From an uncultured Chloroflexia bacterium (lineage in GTDB: Bacteria > Chloroflexota > Dehalococcoidia > DSTF01 > JALHUB01), in NCBI GenBank assembly GCA_963726245.1, contig CAVSBT010000016.1, positions 32,001 to 96,000 of the forward strand: DNA of 64,000 bases, given 5' to 3'. Below, one piece after another: positions 46,472-57,908 of this stretch. Position 1 is the first letter of the stretch; each line of letters opens with the position of its first letter. Below the pieces are notes generated by a model. It had not been told where the DNA came from. It did not search any database and saw only the letters and a program-made list of their open reading frames with translations. Both the position numbers and the translations under genes were made by a program.

Positions 46472-47720
46472 GTGAGGAACCTCTCGACCCAGGGGCGCAT
46501 CGTCACGTACACGGCGCTGGCGCACGCCCTGGTGCACGCCACCGAGCTCACCTACGCCGCCCTCCTCCTGCGCATCGGCGACCAGTTCGGCCAGGGCGAC
46601 TTCATGCTGGGCGTGATCGCCAACGTCGCCGCCTTCACCTTCGGCGCGGGCGCCCTGCCTGCGGGCCTCCTCGTCGACCGACTGGGGTCGCAGCGGGTCA
46701 TCACCTTCGGCTTCCTGGCGGCGTCGGCGTCGGCGCTGCTGGTGGGTCTCTCGCCCAACGCCTTCGTCCTGGGGGCCTCCCTGGCGCTGCTGGGGCTGAG
46801 CATCGGCCTCTATCACCCGGCCGGCCTCTCTATCATCGTCCAGGGCGCGGAGAAGAGGGGCCTGGCCCTCGGCTACCACGGCGTGGCCGGCAACATCGGC
46901 GCCGCCCTGGCCCCGGCGCTGGCCGTGGGGCTGGCCGTAGCCATCGACTGGCGGGCCGCCTACTTCGTCCTGAGCGGGCTGGCGCTGCTACTGGTGCTCC
47001 TCCTGCGGGCCATACGCCTGCCCGAGGAAGTGTCGCGGCCGGCGGCAGCGCCGGCGGACGCAGCCGGCCGATGAGGCGCAGGCAGCGCGGGCGCTCATGC
47101 CGCTGCTCCTGGTGTATGGCGTCTTCGTCCTCAACGGCTTCATCTACCGCGGCAGCATAACCTTCCTGCCCACCCACATCGAAGAGAACGTGCACATCAG
47201 CGTCCTGGGCATCAACGAGGCGGCCCTGGCCGGCTCCCTGACCACCGTTGCCCTCCTGGCCGGCGCGGTGGGGCAGTACGTCGGCGGCAGCCTGTCCCAG
47301 CGCCACGTCCTGGAGCGACTGGCGCCGCCGCTGGCCCTGGCTCTCGTACCGGCCCTCCTCTTGATGAGCGTCAGCAGCGGCCTGGCCCTTGTGGCCGCTT
47401 CGGCGGTCTTCGTCTTCTTCAACTTCAGCGGCCAGCCCGTCTACAATGGACTGATCGCCGAGTACACCCCTCAGGGCGCGATGGGCCGGAGCTACGGCAT
47501 CTCCTTCTTCGCGGCCTTCGGGCTGGGCTCGGCGGCAGCGAGCTTCGCGGGCTTCTTCGCCCAGCGCTGGGGGACCGGCTCCGTGTTCGTCTCCCTGGCG
47601 GGCTTCGCGGCGCTGGTGATGGGCCTGTCACTGGTCATATGGCGAACGGCGCCGGCGCGCGGGGGCCTGGTTGCCCCGGCAGCGGCGCCCGGCGACCTGG
47701 CCGCGGGCGGCCTGCAGTAG
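46472..47720 (+). CDS. MFS transporter (frameshift about 47070-47095)
   Basis: GLLVDRLGSQR motif A, LYHPAG; the two hydrophobic halves lie in adjacent frames. Confidence 0.85.
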
Positions 47721-47731
47721 GGGGTATCGAC

Positions 47732-48252
47732 ATGGGGTGGAAGGTTCGCGTCGAGGGCACCGACCTGCGCTTCAGCGCCGCCCACTTCACTACCTTCGAG
47801 GGGCAGTGCGAGCCGCTGCACGGCCACAACTACGCAGTAATCGTCGAGGTGGAGGGGGAGCTGACGGAGGACTCCTGGGTGGTGGACTTCAGCGCGCTGC
47901 GGAAGATGGCCCGCCGCATATGCGACGAGCTGGACCACCGCTTCCTCCTCCAGCGCGAGAGCCGCGTGCTCGAGATGGACGAGGGGCCGAGCAACTGGGA
48001 GGTGCGCTTTCGCCCCGGCGGGGCCCCGCCTGACGCGCGAGCGCGCCTGGACGCTGCCCAAGGCCGAGGTGGTCGCCCTCCCCATCGACAACTCGACGGC
48101 GGAGCGGCTGGCGGAGTGGTTCGCCGGGCGTCTGAGCGAGGCGCTGCGCGCCGCCGGCGCCAGCCAACGTCACGGCCATCACCGTCGGCGTCGAGGAGGC
48201 GCCGGGCCAGGCGGCGTGGTACCGGCGGGAGGCCGGTAGGCGGCCGCGTTGA
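47732..48252 (+). CDS. queD: 6-carboxytetrahydropterin synthase / PTPS family (two frameshifts)
   Basis: FSAAHF, CEPLHGHNY, VDF, LDHRFL; shifted frames NSTAERLA and VEEAPGQ. Confidence 0.85.
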
Positions 48253-48320
48253 CATCCCCTCAGCTTGGGCCTACGCTGCGACCACAGAGGTGCGACACCT
48301 GAGATGAAGCGAGGTTGGGC

Positions 48321-48965
48321 ATGACCCGCGTGACGCGTCAGGAGATCTACGAGCTGCGAGACTCCATGCGGAGGTTCTGCTTCCGGTACGGAGACTTCAC
48401 GCTCTCGTCCGGCCTCAAGAGCAAGTACTACTACAATGGGAAAAGGGCCGTCTTGCGCCCCGGCGTCGCCAGGCTGATCGGGAGGGTCGTCTTCCAACTG
48501 GTGGAGGAGGCGGGCGCCGAGGCCGTCGGCGGCCCCGAGATCGGCTGCATTCCCATCGCGCAGTCGGTTGGCGCCGCCGGTCTGGAGGCAGGTCGGGAGG
48601 TTCCAGGCTTCATCGTCCGCAAGGAGGCGAAGCAGCACGGCGCCAGGGAGCAGGTCGCCGAGGCGGCGCCCGACCAGGGGGAGCACCTGCTGACCGCAGG
48701 GCGCAAGGTGGCGATCGTTGACGACGTGATCACCACCGGCGGCTCCATAGACAAGGCGATCGAGGTGGTGGAGGCGCTCGGCTGTGAGGTGGTTCTCGTC
48801 GTGGCGCTTGTGGAGCGGCACGAGGGCGGCGGCCAGGGTCTCCGCGACCGCGGCTACAACTTCCGGCGGCTCTTCTACACCGATGAGGAGGGCCAGCTCT
48901 TCATCGATGAGGCGCTTCTGCGGAGCGTTCCGGAGACCACCGAAGAGGGGATTCTACACGCATAA
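48321..48965 (+). CDS. pyrE: orotate phosphoribosyltransferase
   Basis: GDFTLSSG.KSKYY, VRKEAKQHG, IVDDVITTGGS; upstream TTGACA-17-TACGCT at 48249-48277. Confidence 0.9.
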   Translation: MTRVTRQEIYELRDSMRRFCFRYGDFTLSSGLKSKYYYNGKRAVLRPGVARLIGRVVFQLVEEAGAEAVGGPEIGCIPIAQSVGAAGLEAGREVPGFIVRKEAKQHGAREQVAEAAPDQGEHLLTAGRKVAIVDDVITTGGSIDKAIEVVEALGCEVVLVVALVERHEGGGQGLRDRGYNFRRLFYTDEEGQLFIDEALLRSVPETTEEGILHA

Positions 48966-49049
48966 CACAGGTTCGCCAGAAGCCTGTTGCTCCGATCCTA
49001 TTCGCTATTCCCCCACCAGTGACGAACCAGTCATGTCCTCATAGCCGCG

Positions 49050-49078
49050 TTGACACAGCCGGAGGCCCCCCTTACAAT
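49050..49078 (+). promoter_or_regulatory. near-consensus sigma70 promoter
   Basis: TTGACA-17 nt-TACAAT. Confidence 0.7.
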
Positions 49079-49134
49079 GAGCGACGTTCCGGCCGCGCCC
49101 GGAGAAGCCGGCAGCTTGTTCGGAGGAGTACCTA

Positions 49135-49326
49135 ATGCGCAAGGACCTCATGGACATCCTCGCCTGCCCCGTCTGCAAGAGCCCTCTGGAGCTCACGGTC
49201 GAGGAGGAGGAAGGCGACGAGGTCATCAAGGGCGCCCTCTACTGCAAGAAGTGCGACGAGCGGTACCCGATAGAGGACAGGATCCCCAACCTTCTGCCGC
49301 CGGAGCTTCGAAAGTCTATGGGCTGA
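49135..49326 (+). CDS. Trm112-family protein
   Basis: LMDILACPVCK...GALYCKKC..YPIEDRIPNLL. Confidence 0.92.
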   Translation: MRKDLMDILACPVCKSPLELTVEEEEGDEVIKGALYCKKCDERYPIEDRIPNLLPPELRKSMG

Positions 49327-49356
49327 GGCCCACGCCTGCGAGGGGAGGCTGACAGC

Positions 49357-49584
49357 ATGGACCGATCACAGACGACAGGAATAATCATAATGGCAGGCGC
49401 CGCCTTGGAGATGCTGCTCTTCCTGTACGGCGCCGCCCGGCGCAGCTACATGGCGGTGGCCCTGCCCGTAATGGCTGCTGTGGCCGCCGTCTCCGCCCTC
49501 GCCTTCTGGGTGGGCTGGACCCTCCTCACGACCGAGGAGGAGATCCCCGAGCTGGAGGGCGAATCGGAGGGCACGACCGTCTAG
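49357..49584 (+). CDS. small membrane protein (2 TM)
   Basis: RBS GGAGG, two hydrophobic helices, acidic tail. Confidence 0.7.
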   Translation: MDRSQTTGIIIMAGAALEMLLFLYGAARRSYMAVALPVMAAVAAVSALAFWVGWTLLTTEEEIPELEGESEGTTV

Positions 49585-50170
49585 GGCCCAGCTTAGAGGC
49601 GAAGAGCAAAGGGGGTCGCGGTTGCGACCCCTTTTTCACGCCTCGGGCCCGCCGGAGAGGCGGGCGTCGGTGCCAGCCGGCGGGCGCCACCAGCGTCACC
49701 CCCTCCTCGCCCGCGGCCGCCAGCAGCTCTCGCACCGTCTTCTTCAGGGTGGGGTGCCGCGCCTCGGGGGCGATCTCGGCCAGCGGCACCAGCACGAACG
49801 GCCGCTCGGCCAGCCGCGGATGGGGCAGCACCAGGTCGGCCGCTTCCACGACCCGATCGCCGTAGAGCAGGATGTCCAGGTCCAGGGGCCGCGGGCCCCA
49901 GCGCGGGCCGCCGGGCCGCCGCCCGACCTCGAACTCGACGCGCTTGAGGAAGCGCAGGAGCGCCTCGGGCTCCAGGCCGGTGGTGACGCGACAGGCGGCG
50001 TTGTAGAAGGGGGGCTGGTCCTCCACGCCGACGGGCGCCGTCTCGTAGAGGGAGGAGACCTCCTCCGGGCGGCACAGGCGCTCCAGGAGGCGCAGGCCCA
50101 TGCGCAGGTTGGCCTCGCGGTTTCCCAGGTTGGAGCCCAGCCCCAGGTAGACGGCCGGCCGGTCGCTCAC
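49526..50170 (-). CDS. folK: 2-amino-4-hydroxy-6-hydroxymethyldihydropteridine diphosphokinase (true 3' end probably near 49640)
   Basis: YLGLGSNLG, SSLYET, RWGPRPLDLDIL, PHPRLAERPFVL. Confidence 0.93.
   Translation of the reverse strand: MSDRPAVYLGLGSNLGNREANLRMGLRLLERLCRPEEVSSLYETAPVGVEDQPPFYNAACRVTTGLEPEALLRFLKRVEFEVGRRPGGPRWGPRPLDLDILLYGDRVVEAADLVLPHPRLAERPFVLVPLAEIAPEARHPTLKKTVRELLAAAGEEGVTLVAPAGWHRRPPLRRARGVKKGSQPRPPLLFASKLGPRRSCPPIRPPARGSPPRS
49608..49636. terminator. bidirectional intrinsic terminator
   Basis: AAAGGGGGTCGC-GGTT-GCGACCCCTTTTT between convergent genes. Confidence 0.8.
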
Positions 50171-51038
50171 CGCCGGTCGCCCTGCTTCCAGGACAAGTCG
50201 GCGCGAACGACGGCGTCGGCCACGCGGCAGACCTGCACCATCTCCGCCACGTCGTGGACGCGGACGATGTCGGCGCCGTGGGCGATGGCGATGGCCACGG
50301 TGGCGGCCGTGCCCATGAGCCGCTCCTCCACCGGCACGCCGCCCAGGACGGCCCCGATGGTGGACTTGCGCGAGGTGCCGATAAGGATCGGCAGCCCCAG
50401 GTCTCGGAGCTCCCCCAGGCGGCGCAGCATCTCGAGGTTGTGCTCCTCCGCCCAGCCGAAGCCGAAGCCGGGGTCGATGATGAGGCGCTGGCGGGGGATG
50501 CCGGCCTGCTGGGCCAAGCCCAGGCTGACCTCCAGGCCGGCCCGGATGTCGCCGATGACATCGTGGAAGTCGCGGCCGCGCTGGTTGTGCATGATCACGG
50601 CCGGCACCCCGCGACTCGGCGACCAGGGGCGCCATAGCCGGGTCGTGGCGGAAGCCCCAGATGTCGTTCACCAGGTGGGCGCCGGCCTCCAGGGCGGCCC
50701 GCGCCACGGCCGCCTTGTAGGTGTCGATGCTGACGGGCACGTCCACCTCGCGCGCCAGCCGCTCCACCACGGGCAGCACCCGGCGCATCTCCTCCTCCGG
50801 CGTCACGGCCTGAAAGCCGGGGCGCGTCGATTCGCCGCCCACGTCCAGGATATCGGCGCCCTCCTCGGCAAAGCGCCGGCCCTGGGCCACCGCCGCCTCC
50901 ACGTCGAGCCCCAGGCCGTCGCCTGAGAAGGAGTCCGGCGTCACGTTGATGATGCCCATGACGTAGGTGCGGGCAGCCCCAATCGAAGCGGCGGCCCCCG
51001 ATGGTGAGGGAGGTTGCCCCACCGTCTGTCCTTGCCAC
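50167..51038 (-). CDS. folP: dihydropteroate synthase (frameshifts about 50975 and 50612)
   Basis: MGIINVTPDSFSGDG, GGESTRPG, DPGFGF, SRKS, RVHDV. Confidence 0.95.
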
Positions 51039-51162
51039 GCGTCACCCTCCTTCAGAATGTCCAGTGAGAGGCATTCTAAGGCAGGTTCAGGGGCCGGGAC
51101 AAGGATAGACAGGCTATTGGGGGAGGACGGCAGCCGCGGTGGGCGGATTGTGGGACCGTAAC

Positions 51163-54100
51163 CTAGGCGGCGCGGGTCTCCTGGGCCTCGGCCTCCAGCA
51201 CCTGGACAAACGCCTCCACCACCTTGGGGTCGAACTGGGTGCCGGCGCCGCGCCGCAGCTCCTCGACCGCCTCCTCGCGGCTCATGGCCAGGCGGTAGGG
51301 CCGGTCGTTGGTCATGGCCGAGTAGGCATCGGCCACCGACAGGATGCGGGCCGTCATGAGGGATGCGCCGGCCCTTGAGGCCCCGCGGGTAGCCGCTGCC
51401 GTCGAACCACTCATGGTGGGCCGCCACGGCCGGCACTATGTCGGCCAGATGAGCGATGCCGCGCAGGATCGTCACGCTGAACTCTACGTGCTGGCGGATC
51501 AGCTTCCACTCTTCCTCGTTCAAGGGGCCCGGCTTGAGGAGGACACCGTCCGGTACGGCGATCTTCCCCACGTCATGCACCCAGCCGGCCCTGCGCAGGA
51601 TGTTCTGGTTTTCTCGCCCAGGCCCAGAGCGGCCGCCGCCAGCACGCTGTACTTGGCGACGTTGCCGACGTGGCTGGCGCATGGAGGGCTCTTTCTGGAT
51701 GAGAGCGCTGACGAGGCCCTGCATGGCGCTGAAGGCGCTGCTATCGGCCGGCATGAGCTCCTCGACCCGGCCACGGGCGGTGGTGATGCGGCCGCCACCC
51801 CGCTGCTTGGAGCGGTAGAGGGCGCTGTCGGCCAGGCGTCTACCAGCTCGTGCATGACGGTGGCATCGCTGGGGTAGCAGGCGACGCCCATGCTGATGCG
51901 AACCGGGACGCAGCCGTCCTTCCCCTCGCCCTCCAGATAGCGGGCAGCCAGGTTGGCCTGGATACGTTCTCCTATGCGCTCAGCCTCGGCGGTGTCGGCC
52001 TCAGGCAGAATGACCATGAACTCGTCGCCGCCGTAGCGCCCCACGATGTCCTCGGCCCGGCAACTGCTCTGGAGCACCGAGGCCAGGAGCTTCAGGGCTT
52101 CGTCGCCCACCTGGTGGCCGTAGGTGTCATTGATGAGCTTCAAGCTATCGATGTCGAGCATCAGGACGGCGACTGGACGGCGGCTCCGCTTGGCCCGAGC
52201 CATCTCCTGCTCCAGGCGCTCGTACAGGTGGCGGTGGTTGTACAGCCCCGTGAGGGGGTCGGCGATGGCCTGCTGCTGGACCTGCTCGTGGAGGCGGGCG
52301 TTCTCGATGAGGACCGCCGCCTGCCTGGCGATGGCGGCCATGCGTCTCCACCTCCTCCGGCGGGAAGTGCACGAAGTCGCTGAAGGAGTCGACCGCCATC
52401 ACCCCTATGGTCTCTTCCTTGACCACCAGCGGGTAGATGGCTATGGACTTGATGCCGAAGCTCTCCAGCCAGTCGCGCGGAAGGAGACGCGTAGCAGGGA
52501 CGTTCTCCTGGATGATGGGGGCGCGTATGCGGGTGATAGCCTCCACCAGCCGGTGCTCTCCGGCGTCGGCGGTACGCCGTGACGATGGAGCGGAACTTCT
52601 CCCACATCCTCTCATCCTCGGGGCCGAGGGACATGTAGGGCAGCAGCCTGCCCGTCGCCTTGTCGGCCAGGAAGATGCTACAGCGCTCGCCGACGCTGAG
52701 GTCGACCACCGAGCGGCAGAGGGTGATGATCACCTTCTGGAGGCTGAGGCTGGAGCTCGCCGCGCCCACCACCTGCAACAGCGCCTCCGCCCGCCGCCGC
52801 TGCTTCTGCTCTTGCTCGAAGAGCCTGGCGTTCTCGATGACGACCGCCGCCTGCCTGGCGATGGCGGCCAGGGTCTCCACCTCCTCTGGCGGGAAGTGCA
52901 CGAAGTCCCGGAAGGAGTCGACCGCCATGACCCCCACGTTCTTCTCCCTGTGGACAAGCGGGTAAAGGGCGAGCGACTTCACATTGAAGGTATCCACCCA
53001 GTAGTCGGGCAGGAGTCCCGACCCCGGCACATGCTCCTCGATGACGGGTTCCAGCGACTGGAAGGCCTCACTGATGCCGTGGACCTGCGATGCCTCGAGG
53101 GCCGACGACCCCTTGAACTTCTCCCACAGCGAGGGGTCCTCGATGCCAAGGGACATGATGGGTATGGCTCTCTCCTCTCCCTCCTCGGAGAGGAAGAAGG
53201 AGCAGCGGTCGCCCACGCTGAGGTCTACCACCGACTGGCACAACTTGATGAGGACCTTCTTGAGGCTGAGGCTGGAGCTCAGCCGCGCCCACTACCTGCA
53301 ACAGCGCCTCCGCCCGCTGCCGCTGCTTCTGCTCTTGCTCGAAGAGCCTGGCGTTCTCGATGACGACCGCCGCCTGCCTGGCGATGGCCGTCATCGCCTC
53401 GACCTCCTCCGGCGGGAAGTGCACGAAGTCGCTGTAGGAGTCAACGGCTATTACTCCTACCGTGGCATCCTTGACCATCAGCGGATAGATCGCCAGGGAC
53501 TTGAGCCCGAAACTGTCAATCCAGAAGTCGGGGAGGATGCCCGAACCGGGGACGTGCTCCTCGATGACAGGCTGCTGTACGTTAAGGGCGATGCCGAATC
53601 CGCGCACGTCGGGGATGCGCAGCCCGGCGGCGCCGCGGAACTGCTCCCACATGATCGGGCTCTCGGCTCCCAGCGACATGATCGGCTCGAGGGTGCCGCT
53701 TTCGGCGTTGAACAGGAACACGCTGCAGCGTTCGGCGACTGTGAGGTCCACCACCGATCGGCAGACGCTGATCAGCACTTTCTCCAGGCTGAGGCTGGAA
53801 CCGGCCGCATCCACGATGTTTAGGAGCGCCTCGGTTCGTCGCCGCTGCCCTTGCTCCCGCTCGAAGAGCCTGGCGTTGTCGATGAGGACCGCCGCCTGCC
53901 TGGCGATGGCGGTCATCGTCTCTACTTCCTCCTGGGAAGCGCAGGTACTTTCTGGTCGAATCCACCACCATGACGCCGACCACCTGGTCCCGGACGACCA
54001 TGGGATATATGGCCACGCTCTTCATCCCGAAGTCCTTGACCACTGACTTTGAGGGATGAGCCGCGTCCGGTTGGCGTGGCCGATGAGAATGGGCTTCTGG

Positions 54101-54924
54101 GTGAGGAGGACATCGCGCATCCCGGGCGCAAGACTGACAGGGACGCGCGCCGTGGCGCGGAAGCGCTGCCACATCTTCTCGTTCTTGAAGCCCAGGGACA
54201 TGAAGGGCTCCAGCGTCTCGCCGGCCTCATCGACCAGCAGGATGCTACAGCGGTCGGCCACGCTGAGCCTGGTGGCGGCCTCACAGACCTGGATGAGGGC
54301 TTGTTTCAGGCTAGGCTGGATCCGGCGGCGCGGACCAGCTCCAGAAGGGCCTGGGAGCGCTGTGCGCCCGCCGCTCGCGTTCGAGGAGGGAGGCGTTGGC
54401 CACAGCCGCGGCTATCTGCTGGGCGAAGACGCAGGCCACGCGCACGTCGTCGTCCGTGAAACGGCGGGGCGTGAAGCTGCCGATATAGAGGCACCCGATT
54501 TCCTCTCCGCCCACCCGCAGCGGCACCATGATGACGCCGCGGATGCCGAGCTTGCTGGCTTGCGACTCAGCGTAGTTGGGGTCGCGGGCGATGTCAGTGC
54601 TGACGTAGGGCTCGCTCGCCGCGGAAGACGATCCCCCTCCGGCTGGCGTCCCTGTCCAGGCGCCAGTGAGCAAGCGACCTCATCAGGAAGGCCGTACTGG
54701 GCGCGGAAGGTGGGGATGCCGCCCTCGAGCAGGGCGATGGCGGCGGCGTCGGCCTTCAGGGCCTCGCAGACGCCGCGGGCGGCAGCGGCCAGCACCTCGT
54801 CCAGACTGGGGCCTGCCTCGACATCGGATACCTGGAGGGACGCAGCCGGTTGTCCATGGCCTCCGGGACGCACGCTCCGACGGCGCTCGCCATCAATCCG
54901 CCGCCTACTTTCAGTATCGGCCAA
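51163..54924 (-). CDS. multi-GAF (5) - GGDEF - HD-GYP c-di-GMP enzyme, multiple frameshifts
   Basis: Repeated [17 protein letters not shown] ends; DPLTGLYN...RYGGDEF; HDVGK...[14 protein letters not shown]. Confidence 0.85.
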
Positions 54925-55000
54925 CTGGTGGATGTCAATAGGGGATAACTCGTTCAGGAGGCGAGTGAGGTGGGCGGGGAGAGCCGGCCCCAGGGCAGCC

Positions 55001-55402
55001 TCAGCCCTCGATCCTGAGCTCTTCCTCGGACACGCGGCCGTCCTGGATGCGGAAGGCCCTCAGGACGGGGTTCTCGGGGTCGGCCAGGGAGACGATGATG
55101 TAGGTCGACTCCGGCCAGGCGGCCAGGCGCACGTCAGTGGGGGAGGGATAGGCCTCGGTGTGGGTATGGGAGTGGTAGATGGCCAGGAAGTCCCAGCCGT
55201 TGGCGTCGCACTCGCGGTAGATGCGCAGGAGGTCGTGGGGGTCCACGTTGTAGCGATAGGGGCTCTTCTCGGCGTTGACGGCGCGAAACAGCTTCTCAAC
55301 CCGCCCATCGCGCCCGCCGAGGACGCCGCAGCACTCGTTGGGCGCCTCCTCGCGGGCCTGGGCGATGATCTCGTCGGCGTACTTGCGCTCCAGGACGAAC
55401 AC
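55001..55402 (-). CDS. JAMM/Mov34 metallopeptidase (Mec/CysO-cysteine peptidase-like)
   Basis: PNECCGVL, YHSHT..EAYPSPTD. Confidence 0.93.
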   Translation of the reverse strand: MFVLERKYADEIIAQAREEAPNECCGVLGGRDGRVEKLFRAVNAEKSPYRYNVDPHDLLRIYRECDANGWDFLAIYHSHTHTEAYPSPTDVRLAAWPESTYIIVSLADPENPVLRAFRIQDGRVSEEELRIEG

Positions 55403-55463
55403 CGGCTCGTCCGTTAGTCCCAGCGCCTCACCTCTCCGTCGTCGATGTAGGCGGCAGGCGCCC

Positions 55464-56406
55464 CTACCACCAGATCATGGACTCTATCTCCTCCGGCAGG
55501 TCCTCGTACTCCTTGGTCCAGAGCTCGGTGGAGAGGTACTTCCAGCCCCCGTCGGCCAGGAGGAGAACGACGTTGCCCTCTCTTCAGGCGCCGCGCCACC
55601 CGCTGGGCCGTGCGCAGCACCGCCCCCGACGAGATGCCGGCGAAGATGCCCTCCTTCTGCGTGAGCTCCTTGGCGGCGGCGAAGGCCGTGCGCGAGGTCG
55701 ACCACGATCCTGCCGTCCAGCACCGACTCGTCGAACACCTCAGGGATGAAGCCGTCCTCCAGGCTGCGCAGCCCCTGGACCAGGTCGCCCGGGTGGGGCA
55801 CGGTGGCGATGACCTTCACGTCCGGCTTGCGCTCCTTCAGGTAGCGGCCGGCGCCGGTGAGGGTGCCGCCGGTACCCAGCCCCGCCACGAAGACATCCAC
55901 CTCCGGCAGGTCGCGCAGGATCTCGGGGCCGGTGGTCTCGTAGTGGGCGCGCGGATTGGCGACGTTGCCGAACTGGTAGGGCATGTAGTAGGCATCGGGG
56001 TCGGCGCGCATCATCTCCTGCGCCATGGCGATGGCGCCGTTGGTGCCCGTAGCGGCCGTCGCGTGTAGACGACCTCGGCCCCGAAGGCCTTCAGGAGCTG
56101 AGCCCGCTCTTCGCTGACGTTGTCCGGCATCACCGCCTTCACCCGGTAGCCCTTGAGACGGCCGATGAAGGCCAGGGCGATGCCGGTGTTGCCGCTGGTG
56201 GCCTCCAGGATGATCCGCTCCGGCGTCAGCTCGCCCTTCCGCTCGGCGTCCTCCAGCATGTACTTGGCGATGCGGTCCTTGACGCTGCCGGTCGGGTTCT
56301 GGCCCTCCAGCTTGGCGAAGAAGCGCACGTCCTCGTTAGGGCTGAGGTTGGGTAGCTGCACCAGCGGCGTGTTGCCGATGGCATCCAGGATGCTCGTGAT
56401 ACGCAA
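55464..56406 (-). CDS. cysM: cysteine synthase CysM-like (sulfur-carrier type), several frameshifts
   Basis: IGNTPLV, NPTGSVKDR, TSGNTG, GLGTGGT; C-terminal ADGGWKYLST...MIWW. Confidence 0.85.
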
Positions 56407-56418
56407 GGCGATCCCCGC

Positions 56419-56693
56419 TCAGGCGCCTCCCGCCAGGGCCGGCAGGATGGAGATACGTCGCCGTCCTGGAGGGGCGTGTCGAGGGCATCCAGGTAGCGGA
56501 TGTCCTCGTCGTTAAGGTAGATGTTCACGAAGCGGTGGAGCTGGCCGTCCTCGCCCGTGATCTGCTCCTTGAAGCCGGGATAGGCGGCATCCAGGTTGGC
56601 GAGAAGCTCGCCGACGGTGGCGCCCTCGCTCATCACGGACTTGGCGCCCACCACGCGCTGCAACACAGAAGTCAGACGGACCTCCACGGCCAT
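56419..56693 (-). CDS. MoaD/ThiS/CysO-family sulfur carrier ending in GG-A (frameshift near the 3' end)
   Basis: RBS AGGAGG; HRFVNIYLNDEDIRYL; terminal SILPALAGGA*. Confidence 0.85.
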
Positions 56694-56703
56694 ACGCTTC
56701 CTC

Positions 56704-57858
56704 CTAGGCGTCGTTGCCTGACCGGCGGGCAGGCCCGCCGCGGCATGGCTGCCGCCGGGGAACCCGCAGAACTCCTCGTAGTCGATGAGCTCCGTCACCG
56801 TCGGGTGGTCGCCGCAGACAGCGCACTCCGGGTCGCGGCGGATGCGGACGCTGCGCCACTCCATGGAGAGGGCATCGAACAGCAGCAGGCGGCCGCTAGA
56901 GACTCGCCCGCGCCCAGGATGAGCTTCATGGTCTCGATGGCCTGGATGCAGCCGATGACGCCCGGCAGGGCGCCCAGCACGCCGGCCTCGGCGCAGGAGG
57001 GCACCAGCCCCGGCGGCGGCGGCGTCGGGTAGAGGCAGCGGTAGCAGCCCTTGCCGGGCAGGAACACCGTGGCCTGGCCGTCGAAGAGGAGGACGCTGCC
57101 GTCCACCAGCGGCTTCTTGCAGGAAGACGCAGGCGTCGTTCACCAGGTAGCGGGCGGCGAAGTTGTCCATCCCGTTCACCACGATGTCGTACTGGGAGAT
57201 GATGTCCAGGGCGTTGTCGGAGGTCAGGGCACGTTGTGGGGCACCACCCGCACGTCCGGGTTATGGGCGGCGATGGTCTCCCGGGCCGACTCCACCTTGG
57301 GGCGGCCCACGTCCTCGGTATGGTGGAGGATCTGGCGCTGGAGGTTCGAGAGGTCCACGGCGTCGAAGTCGACGATGCCCAGGGTGCCGACGCCCGCCAG
57401 GGCCAGGTAGAGGGCCGCCGGCGAGCCCAGGCCGCCCGCCCCCAGGATGAGGACTCTGGCCTCCATGAGCTTTCGCTGCCCGACGCTGCCCACCTGGGGC
57501 ATGATGATGTGACGCGAGTAGCGCAGCACCTGCTGCTCGGTGAGGGCCCAAGGCGCCCGCGCCGGGTGCTCGCCATCGCCCGCGCCGCCGGCCAGGGCGG
57601 GGATCACCGCCACCTGATCGCCGTCCTCGAGGGGTGTCGCCGTGCCCTCCAGGGTGCTGATCTCCTGGTTGTTGACGTAGATGTTGATGTGGGCCGGGAT
57701 CTCGATTCGTCATCGTTGAAGACCAGGCTTCTGAATCCCGGGAACTGGCGCTCCAGGTCCTCCAGAAGCTCGGCCACGTCCTTGCCGTGCGCCTCCACCT
57801 GGGACCGGTTGCCGGTCAGCCGGCGGAAGGGCGACGGCACGTACACCGAGACTGCCAT
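56704..57858 (-). CDS. moeB: Ubl(MoaD-like)-MoeB/E1 adenylyltransferase fusion, several frameshifts
   Basis: HINIYVNN...VIPALAGG then in frame [42 protein letters not shown]. Confidence 0.85.
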
Positions 57859-57908
57859 CCTATCCTCCGAGTGGGTATGGGTCGCCGAGTTTCATCTCTG
57901 CCCTGTCT

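Noticed and set aside
49526-51754. 742-aa HD-GYP/FolP/FolK fusion
   Set aside because: It is a frame mosaic produced by indels. Each gene has its own start and stop in other frames.
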